63,979 nt of DNA from Paraspadella gotoi (GCA_051294375.1 CM119271.1:13512284-13576262); one strand, 5' to 3'; shown: positions 28,390 through 41,644, counted from the first letter of the stretch. Notes: generated by a model from the letters alone, not told the origin. Numbers and translations: made by a program.

Positions 28390-28791
28390 CAGGACCGACG
28401 AGTCGCAGTGGGGGGGGAGGGCCTGGCCGCTGCTGAGAGAAACAGCAACGGAACCGTTTCCTTACATCAGTATCTGGATTGGAACGGCGTCTCGGCATCG
28501 CCAGTTTCTTCCGTTGGCGCCGAAATATTGCATCGGCGTTTCGCGTCCCTCGGCGACGTCACGGCATAGGAGCGAGTCGGCGCCACCGCAGGTCGGCACC
28601 GCAACGTCGCGTTACTAAGGGTCGGCGCCGGGAGGGATGGACTCAACGTAGGATAAGCGTCTCGGAGGTCGGAACTGCCACGTCGACAAAGCGAAGGGTG
28701 AGGCATGGCAACGTTTCCATTTCTAGGTCGGCACGGCATTGGGTGAGCTCCGCGGGATATTCGGAACGGACACGTCGTCTCCGGGGGGGGG
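28390..28791 (+). CDS. Candidate coding exon with indel errors (mirrored at ~15555-15980)
   Basis: GC-rich island; one frame reads GLAAAERNSNGTVSLHQYLDWNGVSASPVSSVGAEILHRRFASLGDV; ends at GG|GTAAGT (28792). The indels differ between the two arms. No family recognised. Confidence 0.3.
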
Positions 28792-29738
28792 GTAAGTGTC
28801 AGCGCCGTAAGGGATCGGCTCCGCGTTGAGACGGCCCCGGAACGAGTCTTTCTTTTCTTTTCTTCTTTTTTCCTCCGAAATTTTTTTTCTTTTTTTTTTT
28901 CTTCTCCTTTTGCGTCGAAACGTGATTTTTTGTCGGTTTCTTTCCGTCGGGTCGAATCTTGTTTTCTTTCTATTCTTTATTTATGGACATGTTGGATATT
29001 TTATCGTTGTCTAGTTGTATTTTATTGCATTGTATTGTCTCGTATTTTTGTGTCGTTGTATCGTTGTTGTTTAGAAGTATTGTACATTACCGTGTATTGT
29101 ATCGTTGTTTAGTTGTATTTTTGTGTCATTGTCTTGTATTGTATTGTTGTATTCTTTTGTAGTAATAAAGTGTTGTATTGTTGTCTCCTTGTATTCGTTT
29201 TATTTTGATTAATCTTCGTATTTTTATCTTCTCTCTGTTTCGCTCGATACATTTACAGTTTCTACCAAAAGAAGTATAACTTTCGAGCGGCAAAATCCTT
29301 CTCTTGTTTTGGATCCTAAATTGTCTTTTGTTTTTCTGTTTGTTTTTTTTTTTCTTTTTCTTTTTTATTTTCTTTTCGCAGAGAAAAAAAAACTACGATT
29401 TTTCTTTCCTTTCTTCTGTTTTTGATGTTTTTTTTTTTTGTTTTTTTTTGCTGGCGAAAATAAACAAACTTCGCCGAGAAAAACAAATATCCTTCGGGTC
29501 TCTCGGTCGTTCGCGCCGGAGAGAAACACGAGAGATTCCGGAGGAGAGAAATCCGCCTAATAGTATAGGCGATACCGACAGGCGATTCCGACAGGCAGAC
29601 TTCGGTTTGATCAAAACTGTATCGAGACGAACCATCAAATTAATTCCAAAACGGAGCCGCTTCGATCTCAAGTCACCGATCCGGTTCCATCCCCCGCTTT
29701 GGCCGAAAGATCCGGACGATTAAAACAAATCCCGTCGC

Positions 29739-30330
29739 TAAATCCGGCCGTTAAATCAGGCCAGTAAATCCGGCCGTTAAATCAGGCCAGTAAATCCGGC
29801 CGTTAAATCAGGCCAGTAAATCCGGCCGTTAAATTAGGCCAGTAAATCCAGCCGTTAAATCAGGCCAGTAAATCCGGCCGTTAAATCAGGCCAGTAAATC
29901 CGGCCGTTAAATCAGGCTAGTAAATCCGGCTGTTAAATCAGGTCAGTAAATCTGGCCGTTAAATCAGGCCAGTAAATCCGGCCGTTAAGTCAGGCCAGTA
30001 AATCCGGCCGTTAAGTCAGGCCAGTAAATCTGGCTGTTAAATCAGGCCAGTAAATCCGGCCGTTAAATCAGGCAAGTAAATCTGGCCATTAAGTCAGGCC
30101 AGTAAATCTGGCCGTTAAATCAGGCGAGTAAATCTGGCTGTTAATTCAGGCCAGTAAATCTGGCCATTAAGTCAGGCCAGTAAATCTGGCCGTTAAATCA
30201 GGCGAGTAAATCTGGCTGTTAATTCAGGCCAGTAAATCTGGCCATTAAATCAGGCCAGTAAATCTGGCCATTAAGTCAGGCCAGTAAATCTGGCCGTTAA
30301 ATCTGGCCATTAAATCTGGCCGTTAAATCC
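29739..30330 (+). repeat. Minisatellite with a 26-bp unit built from two 13-bp subunits (TAAATCCGGCCGT + TAAATCAGGCCAG), ~22 units
   Basis: Directly visible periodicity; noisy reverse-complement copy at ~13900-14525. Confidence 0.95.
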
Positions 30331-31855
30331 AACCGATAAGAAAATCTGGCCGGTATTTTCTGACCCTTAGTCTATTATTTTCTCATTCGCTAAATCAATG
30401 TAAAAAAATGACGAATTCACGATTCACGAGCCGCCTCGGTCGAGTCACAGTCACGGAAGGCGAAAAAAAAACTTTATCGTCGCGAAAATTCTAAAGATCA
30501 CGTGATCTAGTGAAAAAAAAGGTTGTGAGGCCAGTGAGGGACCCAAAAAGCGTGAACCGAACTCAAATCATTGATAGCTATAATTTATAATTTGTTAAAT
30601 TGTAAAATTGTAAAATTATTTATTTTTTGAGTTTATTTGAATGTACTGATTTAATTATAAGTTCTAAACATATCAATCACATATTTAAAAAAAGATGCGA
30701 GCCGCGCCTCGATGTCTGTGAACGCGGTGATCACCAAACGCGGAGAATCGTTTCACGAATCCGTGAGGCTTCGAGCTGTGATGAGGAAAGTTCAACGATC
30801 GGACGAGTCGTCAGGGGGGCGGGGGAGGGAGGCGGAAGGCGGGGGGGGGGCGTAGCGAGCGGGAAGTAAGGTTTATTTCGGGAAAGTTGATTTTTAACGG
30901 ACGAGTTTTATCGGGCAACGCCCTCCAACGAGGCAACCAGAGGGGCAACCGATGTCGATCGTTGCCCGATTTTCTCCTTTCTCCTTTTTAAAACTCACTT
31001 CTCCGACTTTGAAATGGTTGCCCGACATTTAAATCCTCGCCCGACAGTTGAATCGTTGGCCTCGTTTTGAATGCAAGCGTCAGTTCTTTTAAAAAAAGAA
31101 GTTTTTAAGGAATCCTTTATTCTGTTGAACTAAAATCTCATTTGCATATCGCAGTAAGGAAAATCATTCTACGCCAGTAAAGTTAGTTTTAAAGAGGATT
31201 TTAATCGTTTAATATTATCGGTCACTTTAGGCTGTTAAGGTATAAATACTAAACTATAATTTTATATCATAATTTTATATCATAATTTTATATCATACTC
31301 GGTAGAGACTCGAAGTCAGTCGTTGGGTAGGAAAATCTCTTCGGCCAATCGGTATAACTAACTTTTAAACATTTATAATTATATATTACCAAGTTTATGA
31401 GGGCATTATTATGTTTATTATTATATTATGTTGCATCAGGGCATAATTATTTGTCGGGGCTTCAGCAGCGTGGAATCTTAAATTAATTTTTGTAAAAAAA
31501 GAAAAGCCACAGCTCAGCTGATTTCCTTCCTCACCTCATTTACAAAATCGACAGCCACTTAAAAAAAAAAACCTCTTGAAAATCTAGGCCAGAACGATTT
31601 TAATGGTTGAAAAAAAAACATTTTAAATATGTCAAAAATTTAATTAAAACTTTTTCAGTATGTAAAGAATTTAAGTATAAAAACATTTAAGTATTTAAAA
31701 AAATTTTCAGTAATAAAAATCTTTTGCGCTGCGAGAGAAAAAAAAAGCGTAACGAAATAAATCTATCGGAAAGAAAAATATTTATTTTTAATAAAAAAAG
31801 AAAAAAAGTAAATGATATTTATTTTATTTTCCTTCTTTTTTTTTAATCTTGAAAG

Positions 31856-31888
<33 letters not shown>

Positions 31889-31971
31889 AGATGTTAATGG
31901 GAGATCGAGCCATTAACCATTTGACGTTGGGCGCTCCCATCGAAATATCATCTCTCCGACCTTGAATATCG

Positions 31972-34100
31972 TTCGTCGTCATCGTCGTCATCGTTCATCG
32001 TCATCCTCATTCATCATCGTTCATCGTCATCCTCATTCTTTATCATCGCTTCATCGTCATTCCTCAGTCATTCATCGATTCATCGTCATCCTCATTCATC
32101 ATCTCGTTTCATCCTCATTCATCATCGTTCATCGTCATTCTTCAGCATCATCGTTTCATCTTTTCATCTTCATTCATCATCGTTCATCCTCATTTATCAT
32201 TCATCGATGGTGCATCGTTCAATCCTCATTTCATCATCATTTCATTCCTCATTCATCACTCGTTTCATCGTCATCCATCATTCATCATCGTTCATCCCTC
32301 ATTTCATCATCGTTCATCGCATCCTCATTCATCATCGTTCGACCTGTTCACTTCATTCATCATCGTTCGATGCCTGCATTCATCATGCGTTCATCGTCAT
32401 CCTCAGTCGATTCGATCGTTCATCGTCATCGCTCATTCGAGTCATCGTTCATCGCTCAGTTCATCAGTCCGTTCATTCGTCATTCTTTCATTCATGCATC
32501 GTGTTCATCGTTCATCCGTCATTCATCATCGGTTTCATCGTCGATCCTCAGTCATCATCGTTGCATCGTCATCCTCAGTTCTACATCGTTTATCCTCATT
32601 TCATCATCGTTCGGATTCGTCATCTTCATGGTTCGATGCATCTTCGGATCGTTCATTTCATTCATCTATCGTTCATCTGCTCGATTCATCATCGTCTTTC
32701 ATCGTTCACCTCCAATTCAGTCAGTCGCTTCCATCCTCATTCATCATCGTTCGATCGTCATCCTCATCAATATCGTTCATGCCTCATTTCACTCATCGTC
32801 TTTCATCGTTCATTCCTCATTCATCATTCGTTTCATTCGTTCATCTCATTCATCATCGTTTCATGCCTCACGTCATCCTCCGTTCATCGTCTATACCTAA
32901 GTCATCCCGTTTCATTGGCGCTCACTCCTCATTCATCATCTGTTCATCCTCATGCACATCGAATGTTCATCGTCGACCTCAGTCATCATCGTTCATCGTC
33001 ATCCTTCATTCATCATCGGTTCATCGCTCATTTCATCACTCTTTCACTCCGTCATCTTCATTTCGATTCATCGTTCATCGTTCATCCTGCATTCATCATC
33101 TGTTGCATTCGAATTTTGTCATCCTCAGTCATTCATCGTTCATCGTCATGCCTCATCACCCTCATCGTTTCATCCTTCATTCATCATCGCTTCATCGTCA
33201 TCTTCATTCATCATCGTTATCGCTTTCATCTTCATTTCTTCACTTTCATACGTGTCATCCTCTTCATCATCGTTCATCTGTTCATCTGCTCACTTCCAAT
33301 TCATCGTCATCCCTCAGTTCATCATTACGTTCATCGTCATCCTCATTCACATCGTCATCCTCATTCATATCATCGTTTTCATCGCTTTCTCTCCAATTAT
33401 CATCATCGTTCATGTTCTTTCTTTCATTCATTCTGTTTCTGCTGATCCATTCGTTCATCTCTTGCAGTTCGAGTCATCGATTCATTCGTGTCTATCCTCA
33501 TTCCAATCATCGTTCGATGCCTCATTCATCATCGTTCATCGTCAATCCCGCTCATCGTCATCTCTTCATCCGGTCAGTCACTCTTCATCAGCTTCATTCT
33601 CATTCATCATCGTTCATTCGTACTCATCATCGTTCATCTCAGTCACTGCGTTTCATGCGATTCATTCCTCATGTCTCATGCTTTTCATCGTTCATCCTCA
33701 TTCGATCACGTTCATTCATCGTTCATCCGTCAACGTTATTCAATTCTCATTCGTTTCATCGTCATCCTCATTCATCATCGTCGTTCATCCTCATTCATCA
33801 CTCGTTCATCGTTCATCTTCTTTCATGTTCATTCATCGCTTTATCTCATCGTTCATCCTCATTCATCATCGTTCATCGTCATCTATCATCATCTCATTTC
33901 CTTCATATGACGTTCATCGCATCCGATTCATCATCGTTTGCATTCGTCACTCTCATTCATCATCGTTCATCGTTCATCCTCATTCATCATTCGTTTCATC
34001 GTTCATCGCTCATTCAATCATTCGTTCAGTCGTCATGCTGTCAGTTTCATCAGTCGTGTCATCCTCATTCATCATCGTTCATCGTCATCCTCGTCATTCG
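31972..34100 (+). repeat. ~2.1 kb degenerate TCA-derived satellite, consensus ~26 bp TCATCCTCATTCATCATCGTTCATCG
   Basis: The consensus recurs from 32001 to ~34085. It explains the overlapping His/Ser/Ile-rich ORFs in all three forward frames. Confidence 0.92.
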
Positions 34101-35334
34101 TTACAAATAGATGATCTTTCTCACTATTTCTTTTTTTTCAAAACTAATTCCGCGTGAGGGCGAAAAAAAACCTTGAATAATAAACGAGACCCGATGTTTT
34201 TTCTGCTCGAACGAAGACGACGGAGTAAATGAATTGTCGCTGCGATAGAGAAAAAAAAAAGAATTTCTATTTTATTATTACTTTTATTAATAAAACGGGT
34301 CGTTTTTTATAAAAAAAAATGTCGACAGGGGAAGAGAAAATAATTCGCGACTGGGAGATCTGTTACGAGGGAGTGTATTCGTTAGCGTTCTATTTTATAA
34401 TTACTTTAATTATTAAAAAGAGTTATTTTTTTAAAAAAAAAGCGACAGGGGGAGAGAAAATAAGTCACGCGTATTTGTTAACCTTGTCTATCGATATAAA
34501 AAAATAATAGATTTTTAGTAATTAGTAAATATTTTACTCAATGACTTATTTTACGAAGAAAATAATATATTGTTAAAAGATATGGCTACAAAAAAGGTTT
34601 AATATTCTTTCATGTAGTAGTATCAATTAAATTGTTTTTTAAACGAATGTTTCTCACATTGAAATTAAAATTGATAATTAATTATTTGAATCAACTTCCG
34701 ATTTTCCATTTATCAATTAATATATAAGTAAAATTATAATATTGTAAAACTTGCCAAAAGCTGCATAATTTTTTTTGGCGCCCTGTCCCGTCCTTCCTCT
34801 CGGTCGAGTGCTCCACTTACTTTGATGCCCCCTGTAACAGAATTACTTCGCTAACGAGAAGAATTATTCATTATTCTTTTATGCTTAAAATTCACGACCC
34901 TATATATACTTACGATGTTCACTCAACTTTCTACTCGTCTTTTTTATATTCAGAACGAAAAAAGTGGCCGTCATCTCGTTCTCCCTCCCCCGATTTCAAA
35001 TTTAAATAATTAAAAAAAGTAGGAGGAAGAAGGTTGCCATGGAAACGAATAAGCAACTTCGGGAAACCTTTTTTTTTTTTCAATCGTCCACCATCTGTTT
35101 TCGCTGAAAGAGCGTGAATGATTGCAACTCATCCTTTCAATTTCATTCCATCGCTTGCTTCTCATTCATGGGCGTTCTTTGCTTCCCGTGGCTTGTCTCT
35201 CTCTCTCTCTCTCCGTCCAAAAAGCTTGCCTTCTTATTCACGCTTGCTTGATTTCCCAACGGACTCAAGCTTAACTAGAACTGATGGTCAAGAAACTCAA
35301 ACCCGGAAANNNNNNNNNNNNNNNNNNNNNNNNN

Positions 35335-35904
35335 TGCATGAACATTCTGAGTCATTAGTTAATAATTGGCAGAAATGGTAAGTTTGTTGAGTAAATGAGT
35401 CTGGCTTTATGTTTTCAAAAACTTGTGTAGTCACATGACCCATATAGAAATATATTTCAACTTGTTTACGAATTTAAATGTAATATTTGGTTAGTCTAAT
35501 CAAACGTTGACGTTAGTATCAACTGTATAAGTGTTTATATTTCAATTGTTTATTGTAGTTACAAATATAGCATAAAAATTAAATATTTTTTAAACTTTTA
35601 CATTTTTAATATTTATTTTTGCGTGAAAAATTACTAAAAAAGGGAAAGAGTTTAACGTAATTCTCAGTATGAAATTTTCCCCCCCCTTTTAAGATCAAAC
35701 TTGGGCTTTGTTCAGTTTTGTAAAAAAAAATTAAAGAACTCTCTCTCGCCGAATGAAGAATTAAAATATTTTTTCGAGTTCTAATGGTGTCGATCTGAAC
35801 TCAATTTGAAAAAGGCTTACTTCGGATTTAATTAGATTTTAAAGAGTCTCTGTTTCTTTTGGCTCTTGACCAAATAAAATGAACTCTCTCTCTCATCTCT
35901 CTCT

Positions 35905-35944
<40 letters not shown>

Positions 35945-37369
35945 CTATCTCTCTCTCTCTCATCTTCTCTCATCTCAGCCAAACTTAAGAACTCGAACGT
36001 TTTGTTTTAAATTTTGCTAACGGGATCCATTCGGAAATTAAGTGAAAACTTGTTGCAGTTATAAATGGAGGGATTAGTTTAAGCTCAATGTAAAATGTCG
36101 CTTTCCGAAGGATTTTTGATTATTATTGCTTTAAAGTTTATCATATCACTACGTTGCCATTTGTGCCGTCATTCTGTATGCTTAAGGGGAATGAGGAGAG
36201 AGAGAGTAGAGATGAGAGAGGAGAGAGAGAGATAGAGAGAGAGACGAAGAGATGAGAGAGATAGAGAGAGGAGAGAGAGAGAGTGCAAGAGAGGAGAGAG
36301 GAGAAAGAGAGAGAGAGAGTAGAAGAAGCAGAGAGAGAGAGAGGAGAGGGGACCATTAGAATATGTCCTAGCTCTTTCGCCAGTCTGTAGGGACGCCTCC
36401 GCGCCTACTCAGGAAAAACTTGGACCGCAGAGAGAGAGAGAGAGAGAGAGAAGAGAGGAGAGAGAGAGAGAGAGAGAGAGAGAAGAGAGAGTGAGAGCAG
36501 GAGAGTAGGATTAAGTCAAGACGCAGGATTTAGGGGTAAAGAAATAAGCGAAAGAGAAAGATAAAAGAGAGAGAGGACCTGAAGAAAGAATCAGAAGAGA
36601 TCTCGAGATGAGAGAGGACGAGGGGTGGACAAAAAAGACATGACAGGAGAGACAGAGACAGAGAGAGAGAATACGTGGGACGAAGACGGAGAGAAATTGG
36701 AAGAACAAGAGATTGTCTGCGACAACTGATTAGGGATGTAACATGAAAGAGAGAAGGAGAGCGAGACCGAAGCTCTTCCTGTGAATGAGTCAGCGATTAC
36801 AAAACGTGACCGAACCCGGGATAGACGCAGAATTTCCCTTGGAACGCGCTGATGCTAATGATTTTCAAAGATAATGCCGGGAGAAGGCGGCGAGAGAGAG
36901 AGAGAGCAGGGGGGATAGGTAGAATAACTTTGGCCAAATCGAATGATGGTCCATCTACGGATGGTGGTCGGCGTCAGTTAAGGTGGTCTGGTCTCCCCTA
37001 TTTAATAATCGCGCTTCGTGGGAAGGCAGAAAGTTTTACGTAATTTCAAGCCTATAAAATTGACGTTGAGAAAGGGGGTTGACCACAAAGTAGTGGAAGA
37101 TTTTAATTAAGAATAAGAGGAGTCTGGAGACTGTGGATATTCGATTGAGGACGACAGTAGTGAAAGAGAGTGGGAGAAAAGTGAGCAGGACGGACATTCA
37201 CAATTAGAAGTCAGTTGGTCGTTCAGTTCGAAGTATTGATGTGGATTAGTTAGAAAGATAGAGAGAGAGATATTGCTTACGCGTGATCTGTTGTATAGGA
37301 TGGCAGAGTTGAGACGAGAGAGTGTGAGAGACGAGAGAGAGAGAGAAGAGAGAGAGAGAGATGAGAGAG

Positions 37370-37407
<38 letters not shown>

Positions 37408-40400
37408 AGAAGATACGCAATAGAATAGATAGAAATACGATAGAATAAATAGAAATAGTATAGAAATAAATAGATAGAATAGAATAGAATAGAAGTAGAA
37501 TTAGAATTAGGAATATAAAAGAAAGAGACAAAAAGAAAGACAAAAAAAAAACAATAAAAGAAAAAAAATTAAAAAAACAACGGAAAAAAAAGGAAAGAAA
37601 AAAAAAGAAAAAGAAAAAACCCAGCAAAAGGAAAGATATCCCTTCAAATTTAGTCGGCAATGTTTGACACGAAAATCGGGGAAAAGAGGCGCGCAGAAAA
37701 AATAGCAGCTAAGAAAGAAAAAAAACAGAAATTGGCGCAAAAAAAATGGCGGGAAAAAAATTGGTTGGACGTTTTTTTTTTTTTTTCTTTTTTTTTTTTT
37801 AGCTGCTATTTTTTCTGCCGCCTTTTTCCGATTTCGTGGTCAACATTGCGACTAAATGTTGAGGGATATCTTTCCTTTTTGTTGGGTTTTTTCTTTTTTC
37901 TTTTTTTTTTCTTTTCCTTTTTTTTCCGTTTGTTTTTTTTTAATTTTTTTTTCTTTTNNNNNNNNNNNNNNNNNNNNNNNNNNNNNNNNNNNNNNNNNNN
38001 NNNNNNNNNNNNNNNNNNNNNNNNNNNNNNNNNNNNNNNNNNNNNNNNNNNNNNNNNNNNNNNNNNNNNNNNNNNNNNNNNNNNNNNNNNNNNNNNNNNN
38101 NNNNNNNNNNNNNNNNNNNNNNNNNNNNNNNNNNNNNNNNNNNNNNNNNNNNNNNNNNNNNNNNNNNNNNNNNNNNNNNNNNNNNNNNNNNNNNNNNNNN
38201 NNNNNNNNNNNNNNNNNNNNNNNNNNNNNNNNNNNNNNNNNNNNNNNNNNNNNNNNNNNNNNNNNNNNNNNNNNNNNNNNNNNNNNNNNNNNNNNNNNNN
38301 NNNNNNNNNNNNNNNNNNNNNNNNNNNNNNNNNNNNNNNNNNNNNNNNNNNNNNNNNNNNNNNNNNNNNNNNNNNNNNNNNNNNNNNNNNNNNNNNNNNN
38401 NNNNNNNNNNNNNNNNNNNNNNNNNNNNNNNNNNNNNNNNNNNNNNNNNNNNNNNNNNNNNNNNNNNNNNNNNNNNNNNNNNNNNNNNNNNNNNNNNNNN
38501 NNNNNNNNNNNNNNNNNNNNNNNNNNNNNNNNNNNNNNNNNNNNNNNNNNNNNNNNNNNNNNNNNNNNNNNNNNNNNNNNNNNNNNNNNNNNNNNNNNNN
38601 NNNNNNNNNNNNNNNNNNNNNNNNNNNNNNNNNNNNNNNNNNNNNNNNNNNNNNNNNNNNNNNNNNNNNNNNNNNNNNNNNNNNNNACCGCCTCTCACTT
38701 TTCTCACCCTCACTACTGTCGTCTACAATCGAAACCACAGCCACTTAATTAAATCCCACTACTGTGGTCAACCCCCTCTCAAACCAATTTAAGCTGAATA
38801 CGAAAACTCTGCCTTCCCAGAAGCGCGATTAAGTTAAATAGGGGGAGACAGACCACCTTAACTGACCGACCACCATCCGAGATGACCACCATCGATTTGG
38901 CCAAAGTTATTCACCTATCCCCCCCTCTCTCTCTCTCTCTCCCCCTCTCCCCATTATCTTTGAACCATCATTAACATCAGCGCGTCCAGGGAAATTCTGC
39001 GTCTATCCCGGGTTCGGTCACTTTTGTTAATCGCTGACTCATTACAGGAAAGAGCTCGGTCTCGCTCTCTCTCTCTCTCTCAGTTACATCCCTAATCAGT
39101 GTCCAGACAATCTCGTTCTCCATTCTCTCCCTTCGTCCCACGATCTCTCTCTGTCTCTGTCTCTCTCTGTCAGTCTTTTTGTCCACCCCTCGTCTCTCTC
39201 TCTCGATCTTTCTGATTCTTTCTTCAGTCTCTCTCTCTTTATCNNNNNNNNNNNNNNNNNNNNNNNNNNNNNNNNNNNNNNNNNNNNNNNNNNNNNNNNN
39301 NNNNNNNNNNNNNNNNNNNNNNNNNNNNNNNNNNNNNNNNNNNNNNNNNNNNNNNNNNNNNNNNNNNNNNNNNNNNNNNNNNNNNNNNNNNNNNNNNNNN
39401 NNNNNNNNNNNNNNNNNNNNNNNNNNNNNNNNNNNNNNNNNNNNNNNNNNNNNNNNNNNNNNNNNNNNNNNNNNNNNNNNNNNNNNNNNNNNNNNNNNNN
39501 NNNNNNNNNNNNNNNNNNNNNNNNNNNNNNNNNNNNNNNNNNNNNNNNNNNNNNNNNNNNNNNNNNNNNNNNNNNNNNNNNNNNNNNNNNNNNNNNNNNN
39601 NNNNNNNNNNNNNNNNNNNNNNNNNNNNNNNNNNNNNNNNNNNNNNNNNNNNNNNNNNNNNNNNNNNNNNNNNNNNNNNNNNNNNNNNNNNNNNNNNNNN
39701 NNNNNNNNNNNNNNNNNNNNNNNNNNNNNNNNNNNNNNNNNNNNNNNNNNNNNNNNNNNNNNNNNNNNNNNNNNNNNNNNNNNNNNNNNNNNNNNNNNNN
39801 NNNNNNNNNNNNNNNNNNNNNNNNNNNNNNNNNNNNNNNNNNNNNNNNNNNNNNNNNNNNNNNNNNNNNNNNNNNNNNNNNNNNNNNNNNNNNNNNNNNN
39901 NNNNNNNNNNNNNNNNNNNNNNNNNNNNNNNNNNNNNNNNNNNNNNNNNNNNNNNNNNNNNNNNNNNNNNNNNNNNNNNNNNNNNNNNNNNNNNNNNNNN
40001 NNNNNNNNNNNNNNNNNNNNNNNNNNNNNNNNNNNNNNNNNNNNNNNNNNNNNNNNNNNNNNNNNNNNNNNNNNNNNNNNNNNNNNNNNNNNNNNNNNNN
40101 NNNNNNNNNNNNNNNNNNNNNNNNNNNNNNNNNNNNNNNNNNNNNNNNNNNNNNNNNNNNNNNNNNNNNNNNNNNNNNNNNNNNNNNNNNNNNNNNNNNN
40201 NNNNNNNNAGAGAGAGAGAGAGAGAGAGTTCATTTTATTTGGTCAAGAGCCAAAGCAAAAGAGACTCTTTAAATCTAATTAAATCCGAGTAGCTTTTTCA
40301 AATTGAGTCGATCGAACCATTAGAAACTCGAAAAAATATTTTATTTTTTCATTCGGCGAGAGAGAGTTACTTAATTTTTTTTTACAAAATGAACAAAGCA

Positions 40401-40790
40401 AGTTTGATTTAAAAGAGAAAATTTCATACTGAAGAATACGTTAAACTCTTCCCCTTTTTAGTAATTTTCACCAAAAAAAATATTAAAAAGTAAAAAGTTT
40501 AAAAAAAATTTTAAAAACAACAACGGTCCTTCTAATGTGTTGCAGTGACTTTCTTTTTATGTATATTTTTGTAACTACATAACAATGAAATATATACACT
40601 TATACAGTTGATAACTTATCTGCAAAGTTTCGATTAGAACAACCAAATATTACATTTAATTCGTAAACAAGTGACTATATTTCTATATGGTCATGTGACT
40701 ACACAAGTTTGAAACATAAGCCTAAGACTCATTTACTCACAACTTACCATTCTGCCAATTATTAACTAAAATGACTCAGAATTTCATGAA
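35335..40790. repeat. ~5.5 kb fold-back palindrome centred at ~37750 (right arm interrupted by two N gaps)
   Basis: 35335-35460 mirrors 40680-40790 (ttctgagtcattagttaataattggcagaa / ttctgccaattattaactaaaatgactcagaa); 36760-37100 mirrors 38755-39070; 37620-37715 mirrors 37795-37890. Confidence 0.93.
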
Positions 40791-40957
40791 TTATGCCGCA
40801 TTCAATTTTTGGTCATGTGATCACTTTTTGAGCAATCACTTTATAAGCATCTTAAACGTAAGCGAGACAGACTGACATACATACAGACGTATCGACCAAT
40901 CGACCGACCGAAAAGTGACTTTCAGAGTTGCTCCGCGACTCAGAAACTGAAAAAAAG
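40513..40957 (-). mobile_element. HINE-like element copy
   Basis: Reverse complement begins TTTTTTTCAGTTTCTGAGTCGCGGAGCAACTCTGAAAGTCACTTTTCGGTCGGTCG and ends AAAGTCACTGCAACACATTAGAAGGACCGTTGTTGTTTT. Confidence 0.6.
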
Positions 40958-41170
40958 GGAGATCTTTGCGAATGTGAGAGATTAAGCGTCGAGAGTAAGT
41001 TAATTGGTGAACGAAATGAGTTAGGAGGTGGAAAAAAGTAAGTTAGGTGGGTGAAAATGGGTGGTTAAGCCACTTTTTTTTACAAAAAGAATGAGGAGGT
41101 GGAAAGAGCTGGTGGTTGGTTAATGACCATAAAATCCATTACGAGATCTCGTGTTTTTCCCTAGATCCTC

Positions 41171-41230
<60 letters not shown>

Positions 41231-41644
41231 ATCTCTCCTCTGCGCTTTGTTTCTACTCCTCTCAGCATCTCTCTCTCTGTCTCTCCCCGGGCTTCTCTTT
41301 TTCACTCACTCTTTCTCTCTCTCTTTCTCTAAAATTCCCAATCCACGCTCCATACAATTTCTCTCTCTCCAACGGCCATATCTGGCCCTGGAAACCCTCC
41401 CCTCTTGATGGCCCCTAAGGCCGTGGCCCCGGAAGCCCTAGTGGCCTAATGCCCGATGCCCTGTGGGCCACGAAGGCTCTGACGGGAGATGGCCTCCAGT
41501 CTTTTAAGGCTTCAAACTCCAACGGCCCCTACAGGCACGCTGCCCTCCAAAAAAACTGACGAAAACCCTCAAGGCCATTCCAAATCCAAGCATCCAGTCC
41601 CAAGTCTCTCAGAATTTTTTTTTATAATATTCACAAAATTATAC

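Larger units (their letters stand above)
13754..30478. repeat. ~16.7 kb fold-back palindrome (arms ~13754-22417 and ~22496-30478, unpaired centre ~80 bp flanked by (AG)n/(CT)n)
   Basis: Colinear reverse-complement matches throughout, e.g. 13754 tgataaagttttttttcgcttccgtg vs 30450-30478; 22270 aaagtcagtcttacgtcgtaat vs 22610 attacgacgtaagactgacttt. The RT fragment, the G-rich tract and the 13/26-bp satellite are all mirrored. Confidence 0.95.

Noticed and set aside
27621-28448. E/K/R-rich and F/L/S-rich ORFs (also 3495-4181, 16025-16648, 41790-42826, 60643-61161)
   Set aside because: These are translations of purine or pyrimidine low-complexity tracts and (AG)n microsatellites.
29739-30330. 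CRISPR-like array
   Set aside because: Contiguous tandem units with no unique spacers, no cas genes, eukaryotic context.
13754-30478. Giant foldback or Polinton-type transposon, or linear replicon with hairpin end
   Set aside because: The arms contain ordinary genomic content (LINE fragment, microsatellites), no transposase, polymerase or protelomerase is present, and the boundary coincides with an assembly gap.
31962-34157. Long His/Ser/Ile-rich ORFs (312-538 aa)
   Set aside because: They are open in all three forward frames because the TCA-based satellite rarely forms stop codons; there is no coding signal.
37660-40282. ORFs of 250-420 aa
   Set aside because: They are almost entirely N-gap translations.
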